61,830 nt of DNA from a bacterium (GTDB taxonomy: Bacteria; J088; JAWLBW01): assembly GCA_041690355.1 (NCBI GenBank), contig JAWLHK010000027.1:1-61830 (forward strand). The letters run 5' to 3'. A program made the position numbers and the translations under genes. Under the pieces are notes generated by a model. That model had not been told where the DNA came from. It did not search any database and saw nothing but the letters and a program-made list of their open reading frames with translations. The stretch's first letter is position 1, and every line of letters starts with the position of its first letter. Below, piece after piece: positions 36,242 to 45,559 of this stretch.

Positions 36242-36958
36242 TCACTCCGCCTCGGTCAGCCCGTCCTTCTCGAAGACCCGGCCGCTCGATCCGTCGCGGC
36301 GCAGGGTCACGAGACGCATCATCCCCTCGACGATCTTCTCAGGGGAATCCTCGGCCTGCGGATTCAGCTCCGTGCGTGCGCGGCCCGGATCGATGGCGTT
36401 CACGAGAATGTTCGTGCCGGCCAGCTCGGCCGCAAGCGTGCGCGTGAAGGCGTTCAGCCCCGCCTTGGCGACGCTGTAGGGGCCGTAGCCGGGAATGGCC
36501 TTCCACCCGAGCCCGCTCGTGACGTTCACGATGCGTCCGTAGTCGCGGCGGCGCATGGCCGGAAGAAAGGCCCGCGTCACCTGGACCGGGCCGAGCAGGT
36601 TCGTGCGCACCGCCTGCTCGATGTCCGTATCGGATTGTTTCTCCCACGGCGCCCGCGGCGCGAGGACGGCCGCATTGTTCACGAGAATGTCGACGCGGCC
36701 GAACTTCTCGAGGACAGTCTCGGCCAGTTCCGCCACCGAAGCGGCATCGCCCACGTCGCAGGGCGTCGAGAAGATATCCCCGCGCGGCTCCCGCTGCACG
36801 AGGCGCGCGGTCGCCGAGGCGAGCTTCCCTGCGCGGCGCCCGCAGATGACCACGTTGGCCCCGGCGTCGGCAAAGGCGCCCGCGACGGCGAGGCCGAAGC
36901 CGGTGGCGCCGCCGGTGACGAGGGCCGTGAGGTCAGAGAGGCGGGAGTCGAGGGTCAT
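36242..36958 (-). CDS. Short-chain dehydrogenase/reductase
   Basis: TGGATGFG; DILVNNAA; YSVAK; IDPG. Confidence 0.95.
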   Translation of the reverse strand: MTLDSRLSDLTALVTGGATGFGLAVAGAFADAGANVVICGRRAGKLASATARLVQREPRGDIFSTPCDVGDAASVAELAETVLEKFGRVDILVNNAAVLAPRAPWEKQSDTDIEQAVRTNLLGPVQVTRAFLPAMRRRDYGRIVNVTSGLGWKAIPGYGPYSVAKAGLNAFTRTLAAELAGTNILVNAIDPGRARTELNPQAEDSPEKIVEGMMRLVTLRRDGSSGRVFEKDGLTEAE

Positions 36959-36959
36959 G

Positions 36960-37211
36960 AGTCTTCAGTCGTCAGTCTTCAGTCTGAAGTCTTGAGTCTT
37001 CAGTCCATTTCCGTTCGTGTCGAGCCGACGGTCGAAGGCAGGGCCTGAGGCGACGGCGAGACAGGCCCGTGGGTGCCCGATTTCGGCCCCTCGCTGTCAG
37101 CATCCACTCCCGTTGCAGCCCGTCAGTTCGAGACGGCCGGGGGCCGGCGTCGAGCGTCGAGAGGCAAGCGTCCTTGTTTCCACAGCGCCCAGGGACCAGG
37201 GACCAGCGCCC
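36960..37211 (+). repeat. (AGTCTTC)n tract, family D element (37011-37140) and (ACCAGGG)n tract
   Basis: agtcttc agtcgtc agtcttc agtctga agtcttg agtcttc; ccgttcgtgtcgagccgacggtcgaag...; cccagggaccagggaccag. Confidence 0.85.
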
Positions 37212-37218
37212 GGTCTAC

Positions 37219-38556
37219 TCAGTACGCCAGCCGCCGCAACGTGGCGGTGAGGAAGTCCGCGGCGTCGCGAACCCCTTCGGCAGAGACGTGCTCGTCGACG
37301 CCGTGCATCCCCGCAACCTGCCCGGGAGTGACCGGAATGGGCACGATGCCGTAGGCCGGAATGCCGCGCTGGCGCCAGAAGCGGGAATCGGTCGCGCCCG
37401 CGCTGAGCACGGGTACGACCAGGGCATTCGCATCCCGCTCGGATGCCGCGTCGCGCAAGGCCGCGAAGAAGGGTGTCTCCCAAGGGCTCTCCGTGGCGGT
37501 CGCTGAAAACGCCAGCTCTACCTTCACGTCGGCACCGACCCGGCGGCGCACCGCGGCGGCAAAGCGCTCCGGCGTGTGGCCGGGAATCAGCCGGCAGTCG
37601 ACGAGGGCCTCGCTGGACGAGGGGATCACGTTGTGCTTCTCGCCGGCCTTGAGCACGGTCAGGTTGCATGTGTTCGTCAACGACGACTGCAGCGTGGGAT
37701 CGCGGTCGACCTGTTTCCCGAGCGCATGCTTGCGCAGCGCCTCGCGCACCGAGCGCGCCGTCTTGCCGCGCCGGCGCAGGTCGGCCATCGCGAACTGGCC
37801 CGTGGGCGAGTTGAGCGCCTCGGCATGCTTCATGGAAAGCACGCGGTTCAGCGCCCCGATCAGCTTCTCGTTGGCATTGTCGCCCCAGCGAATCGAACCG
37901 TGACCGGGCTTTCCCTCGGCGGTCAGGCGCAGCCAGGCGACCCCTTTCTCGCCGACGGAGACATAGTAGGTGCGCTTGGCCGGACCCTGTGCGTCGATCA
38001 GCGTGAAGCCCCCTTCGTTGAGCACCCCCTCGACCTCGTACAGTTCGGGGCGCTGCTGCAGGAGCCATTCGATACCCTCGCGGCTGCCGGCCTCTTCGTC
38101 GGCGGCGAACAGGGCGATGATCGGCACCCGCGGCGGGGTTCCCGCCTTGTGCAGGCGGATGAGCGCGACGGCGAGCGCGGCGGCCATCCCCTTGTCGTCG
38201 AGGGCGCCGCGCCCCCAGACGTTGCCGTCGGTGATCAGGCCGGCGAAGGGTGGATGGCGCCACGCTTCGGCTTCGGCATGCACGGTGTCGATGTGGGCCA
38301 GCGCGAGCCAGGGTTTTCCCGATGTCCGGCCCGGAATCTTGACAAGGAGGCTCTTGCGGTCGGCCCTTGGGCCCACCAGCTCGACGTCGAGCCCGTTCGC
38401 GCGGAACAGATCGGCGAGCGGCCGCGTCAGCGACGTCTCGTTTCCCGGCGGGTTGACGGTCTGGATGCGGATGAGTTCCTGAAGCAGCAGGACAGGGTCT
38501 GAGGCCGAAGCGGGAGAGAGGGCCAGCAGGGCCGCCAGAAGCGTGGTTGCGAGCAT
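37219..38556 (-). CDS. M20/M25/M40 family metallohydrolase with a signal peptide
   Basis: AHIDTV, GRGALDDKG, ADEE, NEGG, GATDSRF, HGVDE. Confidence 0.93.
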   Translation of the reverse strand: MLATTLLAALLALSPASASDPVLLLQELIRIQTVNPPGNETSLTRPLADLFRANGLDVELVGPRADRKSLLVKIPGRTSGKPWLALAHIDTVHAEAEAWRHPPFAGLITDGNVWGRGALDDKGMAAALAVALIRLHKAGTPPRVPIIALFAADEEAGSREGIEWLLQQRPELYEVEGVLNEGGFTLIDAQGPAKRTYYVSVGEKGVAWLRLTAEGKPGHGSIRWGDNANEKLIGALNRVLSMKHAEALNSPTGQFAMADLRRRGKTARSVREALRKHALGKQVDRDPTLQSSLTNTCNLTVLKAGEKHNVIPSSSEALVDCRLIPGHTPERFAAAVRRRVGADVKVELAFSATATESPWETPFFAALRDAASERDANALVVPVLSAGATDSRFWRQRGIPAYGIVPIPVTPGQVAGMHGVDEHVSAEGVRDAADFLTATLRRLAY

Positions 38557-38765
38557 AGAGGCGCCGGGAAAAAGGGTTTGCTGTTCAGAATGGCACGCCC
38601 GCACACCGATGGCAATACGGCTGCCGTGCGAGGGGAAATGAGGAAATCGCCGGGCGGCCTGTCCGCAACATCGCCACTGGAATTGGGGTCCGGACTAATG
38701 CCTACCGGTTTGATAGGATAATGCGCAAATCAAAGCATATTATCTTGGTGTTGTATGCGGTGGGG

Positions 38766-38774
38766 TGATATAAT
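38766..38774 (+). promoter_or_regulatory. Extended -10 promoter element of the oxidoreductase operon
   Basis: TGATATAAT (TGn-TATAAT) in an AT-rich region about 35 nt before the ATG. Confidence 0.6.
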
Positions 38775-38809
38775 AAGTCTTTTCTCTTACTCCTCTGGTG
38801 TTCGTGTTT

Positions 38810-40654
38810 ATGGATCAGGCAACCAAGGTCGTTGAAAAGCGGGAGGCGGTGGTCATCCGCTTTGCAGGCGATTCCGGCGACGGAATGCAGCTCACCGGCA
38901 CGCAGTTCACGCAGGAATCGGTCATGGCCGGCAACGACATCGGCACGCTGCCTGATTTTCCCGCCGAAATCCGCGCGCCGACCGGTACGCTCGCGGGCGT
39001 GAGCGGCTTCCAACTGCAGTTCGCCAGTTACGACATTTACACCCCTGGCGATGCGCCCGATGTGCTCGTCGCGATGAATCCGGCCGCGCTGAAGCTGAAT
39101 CTCCCCGACATGGTCGCGGGATCGATCCTGATTCTGAACAGCACCGCGTTCGTCCAGAAAGCCTGCGAAAAGGTGGGGTTCGCCTCCAATCCGCTGGAAG
39201 ACGAAGCGTTCCGCCACAAGTACCGCATCTACGCGGTCGACATGAACAAGCTCACGGCCGGCGCGGTCGAAGGCATGGATATCACCGGCGGCGCGCGCAC
39301 GATCGACCGCATGAAGAACATGTTCGCGCTCGGCCTGGTCAGCTGGATGTTCCACCGCCCGCTGGACGTGACCGTCGAGGGGCTCAAGCGTAAGTTCGGA
39401 TCCAAGCCCGAGATTCTCGAGGCGAACCTGCGCGTCCTGAAAGCCGGCTTCCACTACGGCGAGACGGCCGAGATCTTCACGCACTCCTACGAAGTGCCGG
39501 CCGCGAAGATTCCCGCGGGCACCTACCGCTCGATCACGGGGAATGCGGCGACGGCCTACGGGTTCATCACGGCCGCGCGTAAGGCCGGGCTCAAGCTGTT
39601 TCTCGGCAGCTACCCGATCACGCCGGCCAGCGACATTCTGCACGAGCTGTCGCAGTACAAAAATTACGACGTTCTCACCTTCCAGGCTGAGGACGAAATC
39701 GCGGCGGTCGGCGCGGCCATCGGCGCCGCCTTCGGCGGGCACATCGGGCTCACGACCTCGTCGGGTCCCGGCGTCGCGCTGAAGCAGGAGGCGATCAGCC
39801 TGGCCGTCATGGCCGAACTGCCGCTCGTCATCGCGAACATCCAGCGCGGCGGGCCGAGCACGGGGCTGCCGACCAAGACCGAGCAGGCCGACCTGCTGCA
39901 GGCCATTCTCGGCCGGCATGGGGAATCGCCGGTGCCGGTCATCGCCGCCTCGACCCCGGCCGACTGCTTTGACGCCGCCATCGAAGCGGTGCGCATCGCC
40001 GTCAAGTACATGACGCCCGTCTTCTTTCTCTCTGACGGCTATCTGGCCAACGGGGCCGAACCGTGGCAGATTCCCGACGTCGCGGCGATTCCCGAGATTC
40101 CGGTCACCTTCCGCACCGAACCCGAGGGGTTCCAGCCCTACGGCCGCGACGAGCAGACGCTCGCGCGCCCCTGGGTGCGCCCGGGTACGCCGGGTCTCGA
40201 GCACCGCATCGGCGGCCTCGAGAAGGAGTACGGTTCGGGCATGGTGAGCTACTCGCCCGAGAACCACGAGCGCATGGTGCACACGCGCGCCGCGAAGATC
40301 CGCGCCATCCGGCAGGACATCCCGCCCACGGAGGTCTTCGGTGACGAGCGCGGGGGATTGCTCGTACTCGGCTGGGGAAGCACGTACGGCGCGATCCGCT
40401 CGGCCGTGCGCGAGGGGCGCGCGAAGGGCAAGAAGGTATCGCACGCGCACCTGCGCTGGATGAACCCGCTGCCGGCGGATCTCGAGACGGTGCTCAAGCG
40501 TTACGACACGGTCCTCATTCCCGAAATGAACCTCGGCCAGCTGCGCATGCTCGTGCGCGCCGAGTATCTCATCCCGGCCGTGGGGCTGAACAAGGTGAAG
40601 GGCCGCCCGTTCACCAAGAGCGATATTCTGGAAAAGATTGAGGAGCTGGCCTGA
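38810..40654 (+). CDS. korA: 2-oxoacid:ferredoxin oxidoreductase subunit alpha (substrate not determinable)
   Basis: FAGDSGDGMQL; FPAEIRAP; YPITPAS; QAEDEIAA; QRGGPSTGLPTKTEQ; EMNLGQL. Confidence 0.95.
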   Translation: MDQATKVVEKREAVVIRFAGDSGDGMQLTGTQFTQESVMAGNDIGTLPDFPAEIRAPTGTLAGVSGFQLQFASYDIYTPGDAPDVLVAMNPAALKLNLPDMVAGSILILNSTAFVQKACEKVGFASNPLEDEAFRHKYRIYAVDMNKLTAGAVEGMDITGGARTIDRMKNMFALGLVSWMFHRPLDVTVEGLKRKFGSKPEILEANLRVLKAGFHYGETAEIFTHSYEVPAAKIPAGTYRSITGNAATAYGFITAARKAGLKLFLGSYPITPASDILHELSQYKNYDVLTFQAEDEIAAVGAAIGAAFGGHIGLTTSSGPGVALKQEAISLAVMAELPLVIANIQRGGPSTGLPTKTEQADLLQAILGRHGESPVPVIAASTPADCFDAAIEAVRIAVKYMTPVFFLSDGYLANGAEPWQIPDVAAIPEIPVTFRTEPEGFQPYGRDEQTLARPWVRPGTPGLEHRIGGLEKEYGSGMVSYSPENHERMVHTRAAKIRAIRQDIPPTEVFGDERGGLLVLGWGSTYGAIRSAVREGRAKGKKVSHAHLRWMNPLPADLETVLKRYDTVLIPEMNLGQLRMLVRAEYLIPAVGLNKVKGRPFTKSDILEKIEELA

Positions 40655-40655
40655 C

Positions 40656-41657
40656 ATGACCGCCCCTGTTGCCTTGACGAAGAAGGATTTCGAGACCGCC
40701 AACGACGTGCGCTGGTGCCCGGGCTGCGGCGACTACGCCATCCTGGCCAACATGCAGCGCACGCTTCCCGATCTCGGGATTCCGCGCGAGCAGACGGTAT
40801 TCATCTCGGGGATCGGCTGCTCGAGCCGCTTCCCCTACTACATGAACACGTACGGCTTCCACACGATCCACGGCCGCGCGCCGACGATCGCCACGGGGCT
40901 CAAGCTGTCGCGCCCGGAGCTGAGCGTGTGGATCATCACCGGCGACGGCGATGCGCTGTCGATCGGCGGCAACCATCTGATCCACCTGCTGCGGCGCAAT
41001 CCGAACGTGCAGCTGCTGCTGTTCAACAACCGCATCTACGGGCTGACCAAGGGGCAGTTCTCGCCGACGAGCGAAATCGGCAAGAAGACCAAGAGCAGCC
41101 CGATGGGGACGGTCGACGCGCCGTTCAACCCGATTCAGCTCACGTTGGGCGCCGGCGCGAGCTTCGTCGCCCGCTCGGTTGACATCGAGGCAAAACACCT
41201 GCAGGACATGCTCAAGCGGGCCCACGGCCACCGTGGCGCAAGCTTCGTCGAGATCCTGCAGAACTGCCCGATCTTCAACGATGGCGCCTTCGACGCGGTG
41301 ACCGACAAGGCCACCAAGGCCGACATCGTACTACAGCTCGAGCACGGCAAGCCGATGCTGTACGGCAAGGAGCGCAACAAGGGGATCCGTCTCGTGAACG
41401 GCACGCTCGATGTCGTGACCCTCGGCGAGAATGGCGTGACCGAAACCGATATCCTGGTCCACGATGAGGCGAATCTCTCGCAGGCCTTCCTGCTCGGCGG
41501 CCTGCACCTCCCGGTTCCCGTCGGCGTCTTCTACCGGGTGGAACGTCCGGTGTACGAGGACCTCCTCAACGGTCAGGTAGCCGAAGCCAAGGAAAAGAAG
41601 GGCGACGGCGATCTGCAGCAGCTCGTCAACGGCGCGAGCACGTGGACCGTTCCTTGA
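40656..41657 (+). CDS. korB: 2-oxoacid:ferredoxin oxidoreductase subunit beta
   Basis: WCPGCGD; SGIGCS; GDGD; NNRIYGLTKGQFSPT. Confidence 0.96.
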   Translation: MTAPVALTKKDFETANDVRWCPGCGDYAILANMQRTLPDLGIPREQTVFISGIGCSSRFPYYMNTYGFHTIHGRAPTIATGLKLSRPELSVWIITGDGDALSIGGNHLIHLLRRNPNVQLLLFNNRIYGLTKGQFSPTSEIGKKTKSSPMGTVDAPFNPIQLTLGAGASFVARSVDIEAKHLQDMLKRAHGHRGASFVEILQNCPIFNDGAFDAVTDKATKADIVLQLEHGKPMLYGKERNKGIRLVNGTLDVVTLGENGVTETDILVHDEANLSQAFLLGGLHLPVPVGVFYRVERPVYEDLLNGQVAEAKEKKGDGDLQQLVNGASTWTVP

Positions 41658-41965
41658 ATTGACGATTGACGATTTACGATTGACGATTTGCCGGAACGTA
41701 CCTTGTGCAGCCCAAGGTACTCGTGTGTTGGGCATTGTCCATCGGGCATTGCCGAAGGTCTGATTGACGATTGACGCCCCCCCCTGTTGTCCCCCGAGGG
41801 GGACCCGAAGAGAAGGGCGTCTGCTCTTCGCGCGAGCGGATGACACAGCGCTGCGTCTGATCGGCCGCGCGTTGCGCAGCGGCCGACCGGTCACCCCGAC
41901 GTCGCATCCCTCAGGCTACCGTGGCGATGGTTTTCGACCCCAGCGGGGGCGCACTTCTGAGTAGC
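41656..41965. repeat. (ATTGACG)n tracts (41658-41689, 41763-41776) and an inverted relative of the 19915-20131 repeat
   Basis: attgacg attgacg atttacg attgacg att; cccccctgttgtcccccgagggggacccgaaga; gaccccagcgggggcgcacttctgag. Confidence 0.75.
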
Positions 41966-42022
41966 CCCGACGAGCCACCCGTTGTTTTTGCCCTTCCTCG
42001 GCCCGCAGGGCGGATCGGGCCG

Positions 42023-42232
42023 TCACAGGGCCTCGCGCAGCTCCACGAGCGGTTCACCCGCTTGCAGCAACGCTATCGCCTGCCTGAAGGTATGCGCGAG
42101 CGCTTCGCGCATTCGCGCGTTCGATGTGTTTCCCAGCGTAACCAGGAGGACTTGAGGGGGCGGTCCGAACTTCTCGAGCAGACGGAGAAAATCGCTGTCC
42201 TTCGTCATTACCGATGCGCCGGCGCTGCGCGC
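42023..42232 (-). pseudogene. 5'-truncated DUF5615-family (VapC45-like) PIN toxin remnant
   Basis: ARSAGASVMTKDSDF...GPPPQV..VTLGNTSN...GEPLVEL; in-frame TGA just upstream; N-terminal catalytic region and antitoxin absent. Confidence 0.75.
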
Positions 42233-42295
42233 TGAAAGCGGACCCTCCCCGAAATCTGTCGATCATGCGTACGGAGAACAAACGCTCTTCGACAG

Positions 42296-42350
42296 ACGAC
42301 CGGCAACTAAAGACTTAGGACTGACGGCTGAAGACTCCCGACTGACGACG
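42296..42350 (-). repeat. Degenerate (GACTGAM)n heptamer tract
   Basis: aactaaa gacttag gactgac ggctgaa gactccc gactgac gac. Confidence 0.7.
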
Positions 42351-42416
42351 GAGCGCCAAAGTGGCCGACCGGACTGCCGGATGCTACCGTAGAGTATCCA
42401 TCGAAGAGGTGCGCTC

Positions 42417-43058
42417 ATGATTCTCGTCATCGGCAACAAGAACTACTCGTCCTGGTCGCTGCGTCCCTGGCTCGCCCTCCGGCAGGCCGGCGTGGACTTC
42501 GAGGAACGCTACATTCCCCTCTACCAGGGGGATTACAAGGTCCGACTGCTGCAGCTGTCGCCCAGCGGCAAGGTGCCGGCGCTCGTGGACGGTCCGCTCA
42601 AGGTGTGGGACTCCCTGGCCATCTGCGAATACATTGCGGAAAAATTTCCGCGCGCGCGCCTGTGGCCCGAGGAACTCGAGCGGCGCGCCGTCGCGCGAGC
42701 CGTGAGCGCCGAGATGCACAGCGGCTTTTCGGCGCTGCGCACGCACATGAACATGAACATCCGCGCCTCGTTCCCCACGCGCGGCCGGCGGCCCGACACG
42801 ATGCAGGACGTTGCCCGCGTGCAGCAGATCTGGCGCGAGTGCCGCGCACGCTACGGGTACGACGGCGATTTTCTCTTCGGCCGGTTCTCGATTGCCGACG
42901 CCATGTACGCGCCGGTCGTGCTGCGCTTCCGCACCTACAAGGTGGACGTTGATTCCGTCGGCCGCCGCTACATGGACGCCGTGCTGGCGCTGCCCGCGAT
43001 GCAGGAGTGGATCGTCGCGGCAGAAGCGGAGCAGGAACGCATCCCGATGTACGAGTAG
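42417..43058 (+). CDS. Glutathione S-transferase family protein
   Basis: GNKNYSSWSLRPWL; SPSGKVP; DSLAI.EY; AEMHSGF; SIADAMYAPV. Confidence 0.96.
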   Translation: MILVIGNKNYSSWSLRPWLALRQAGVDFEERYIPLYQGDYKVRLLQLSPSGKVPALVDGPLKVWDSLAICEYIAEKFPRARLWPEELERRAVARAVSAEMHSGFSALRTHMNMNIRASFPTRGRRPDTMQDVARVQQIWRECRARYGYDGDFLFGRFSIADAMYAPVVLRFRTYKVDVDSVGRRYMDAVLALPAMQEWIVAAEAEQERIPMYE

Positions 43059-43073
43059 CGCAGCAGAGCTGCG

Positions 43074-43100
43074 CGATGGCCGATGGCCGATGGTCGATGG
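43074..43100 (+). repeat. (CGATGGC)4 heptamer tract
   Basis: cgatggc cgatggc cgatggt cgatgg, 15 nt after the GST stop. Confidence 0.85.
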
Positions 43101-43207
43101 GGAAGGGCATTCCAGCCAGTCCACCACCTCCGCCTGTGCTGTCTGCCTATGGCCCCTTCCTCCTCCAGCGGGGAGGGGGGAGAGATGGTCCTAACCCAGG
43201 CCTTGCC

Positions 43208-44686
43208 TCACCGACGTCCAGAGCCTGCCCTGACGAAGGAAGGGTCTGGCGTCCGCCGTCCGTCTTCAGCCCAGTTCCCGTGAAACGTCAACGGGATGTG
43301 AAAGGGAAGGTGCACGCGCACGCCGCGCTCGGGGAACCGATCGGCCTGCAGGATGGAGAGGAACGAGCGGTGTGCGCGGCTGTCGTAGACGATGGAGAGC
43401 ACCCAGCCGTCCTCTTCCGAATCGCTGTTCGCCGAGGGAACGAAAACGGCTTCGCACGGATAGCACCCTTCTTCAAAGCGATGCGTTTCTTCGGTGCCCG
43501 TGCGCACATTCGTTTTTACGAGCGCCGAAGCCGAGAACCCGCCGTGTTCGAACGGAAGACTGTAGGCGAAGGTGTACGCCTGCGACTCGCGCCGCGGATC
43601 GATGCGCGGAAAATCGAGCCCCGTGCCCGCCACGGTTTCCACCGTCGCTTTGCCGTCAGGCGTCAGGCGGATACGCTGCAGCGTGGCGGGCGTGCCGGTG
43701 AGCGGAAGTCCGGCGAAGGCGTCGGCGACGATCTTCAGGGCCGAGTCGTCGGGATACAGGGCGGCGTCGACGAGGATATCGGCCCCCTCTTCCCAGGCGT
43801 TCGCGAGGTGAAACACGAGCTTCGCGGGAAGCTCGTAGCGGCGCGGCGGCCGCTTTCCTTCGCGGTCGGCCACGAAGATCGCCATCGGTTCATCGCCGTG
43901 CCACGAGAACGCATCGTAAATCGACTGGAAGCCAAGCAGGGCGCGGAAAATGGCCTTCGTTTCCAGATAGAACGGTCCCCCCAGGAGTACGAGGTGGCGG
44001 GCGGTCAGGCCGAAATCGTGCATCATGTACGGCTTGCCGGTGGGGATGGCCGGGAGCGCCGTCGCCTTGCCCGCGGCATCCACCTTCCACGGGCGGACGG
44101 CGGGATTGGGCCCCATGACGGGACCGATGTTGTAGAGATCGCCCGTGCGCGGATCGATATGGGGGTGGGCCGAGAAGAACGTGCCCCCCGGCATGGCGCC
44201 GCCGAAGCTCTCTTCGCCGCGGGTCTCGAGCGTCTCGGGATCGAGGGCGAAGGGGCGCCCCCCTTCCCACATCGCCAGCAGGCGGCCCGCGTGCAGCAGC
44301 GTGTTCGTGTTCGCGGGATTTTTCGGGCGGCGGCCGAAATTTCTCCACAGCCCGCCGGGCGCCTGCGTTGCGAAGCCGCGGAACAAGGCGCGCTGTGCTC
44401 TTTCTTCTTTGCGGAACCAGGGGGTGCGCACGTAGCGGTTGCGGTAGCGCACTCCGTCGGGATCGAACGAGAACGCGTGCACCATGCCGTCGCCGTCGAA
44501 CAGGTGACCATTGCGGTAGCCGTAGACGTCGTGGCGCCCCGGCCCGACACGGTAGAGCGTGCCGCGCAGGCCGGCCGGGAGGTCGCCCTCGATGTCGGTG
44601 AGCATCTGATCGTATTCGCCGGTGGCGGCGGCGAACATGCCCGTCCAGGGGAGCGCATCGGCGCTCGCAGCGAGTGTCTCTTGCAT
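43208..44686 (-). CDS. Carotenoid oxygenase (CCD/lignostilbene dioxygenase) family protein
   Basis: HLFDGDGMV; four Fe-ligand His in SAHP, MHDF, FHLANAWE and TFHG; EAVFVP. Confidence 0.93.
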   Translation of the reverse strand: MQETLAASADALPWTGMFAAATGEYDQMLTDIEGDLPAGLRGTLYRVGPGRHDVYGYRNGHLFDGDGMVHAFSFDPDGVRYRNRYVRTPWFRKEERAQRALFRGFATQAPGGLWRNFGRRPKNPANTNTLLHAGRLLAMWEGGRPFALDPETLETRGEESFGGAMPGGTFFSAHPHIDPRTGDLYNIGPVMGPNPAVRPWKVDAAGKATALPAIPTGKPYMMHDFGLTARHLVLLGGPFYLETKAIFRALLGFQSIYDAFSWHGDEPMAIFVADREGKRPPRRYELPAKLVFHLANAWEEGADILVDAALYPDDSALKIVADAFAGLPLTGTPATLQRIRLTPDGKATVETVAGTGLDFPRIDPRRESQAYTFAYSLPFEHGGFSASALVKTNVRTGTEETHRFEEGCYPCEAVFVPSANSDSEEDGWVLSIVYDSRAHRSFLSILQADRFPERGVRVHLPFHIPLTFHGNWAEDGRRTPDPSFVRAGSGRR

Positions 44687-44730
44687 GGCATATCTTATTC
44701 CACTTGGTCTCCGGAGTCGAGCGTCCGCAT

Positions 44731-45481
44731 CAGTCCTTAGTCATCAGTCTGAAGTCGTCAGTTTTCAGTCGCAGGTTGCAGTCGTCCGCCTGGACCCCCA
44801 GCGGCCAGCATAGAGCGCGTTCGAGAGACCCAAACATCCCACGCGGAGGCGCGGAGAGGAAAGAACCGGAAAGAGCGCCTTCTTCTTCGGGACGTGACAA
44901 CCGTGGGCGCACGTTCGAAAGAGGTATGCGTCCTTGCTGTGTATTTACTTCTCTCCGCGACTCCGCGGCTCCGCGTGCCGATCGCCCTTCGCCCTTGCCG
45001 AGTGCCCAGCGCCCGGCGCGTGCGAAAGACCCAAACATCCCACGCGGAGGCGCGGAGAGGAAAGACCGGAAAGAGCGCCTTCTTCTTCGGGACGTGACAA
45101 CCGTGGGCGCACGTTCGAAAGAGGTATGCGTCCTTGCTGCGTATTTACTTCTCTCCGCGACTCCGCGGCTCCGCGTGCCGATCGCCCTTGCTGTCTGCGC
45201 AGCCCTCAGCGTCCAGCGTGCCCAAGCCCGCTCATGTCGAGCCGACGGTCGAAGCCAGGGCCGGAGACGCCGGCGAGACAGGCGCCTGGATGCCCAGGCG
45301 CGCTCACTCGCTGTCGCGCTCACGCTGTTGCGCGCGGTCAGCTCGGGACGAACGGATCGCTGGGCGGTCCCTCGCTGATCGCTCTCACGCCGTCGCGCTC
45401 CGTTCTGCTGCGCGTCAAGGCGGGAGGTCCAGGCGGGTCCTTGCCGATGACTGAAGACTGATGATTGACGACTGACGACTG
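44731..45481. repeat. 750-bp non-coding nested repeat island
   Basis: Inverted (CAGTCNT)n tracts at both ends; direct repeats 44826-44989 and 45027-45189; family D element 45228-45355. Confidence 0.9.
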
Positions 45482-45559
45482 CGGCCTGGCCCGCAGAGCG
45501 CTTGAGCACCCTGAATCTCCCCGGTAAAATGTGCGGGCACCTTCCCGCGAGGTTCCCGC

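Noticed and set aside
31120-41657. Reductive TCA carbon-fixation cluster (ppc + korAB)
   Set aside because: The genes are 5 kb apart in separate operons, and no citrate-cleaving enzyme or fumarate reductase is present
43150-43200. CCCTCTCCC/GGGAGAGGG-type REP or terminator
   Set aside because: Single degenerate copy with poor pairing; not supportable as a separate feature
44826-45189. CRISPR array, or coding ORFs of 175-259 aa across this region
   Set aside because: Only two long repeats; the ORFs are translations of repeat DNA with no RBS or protein motif
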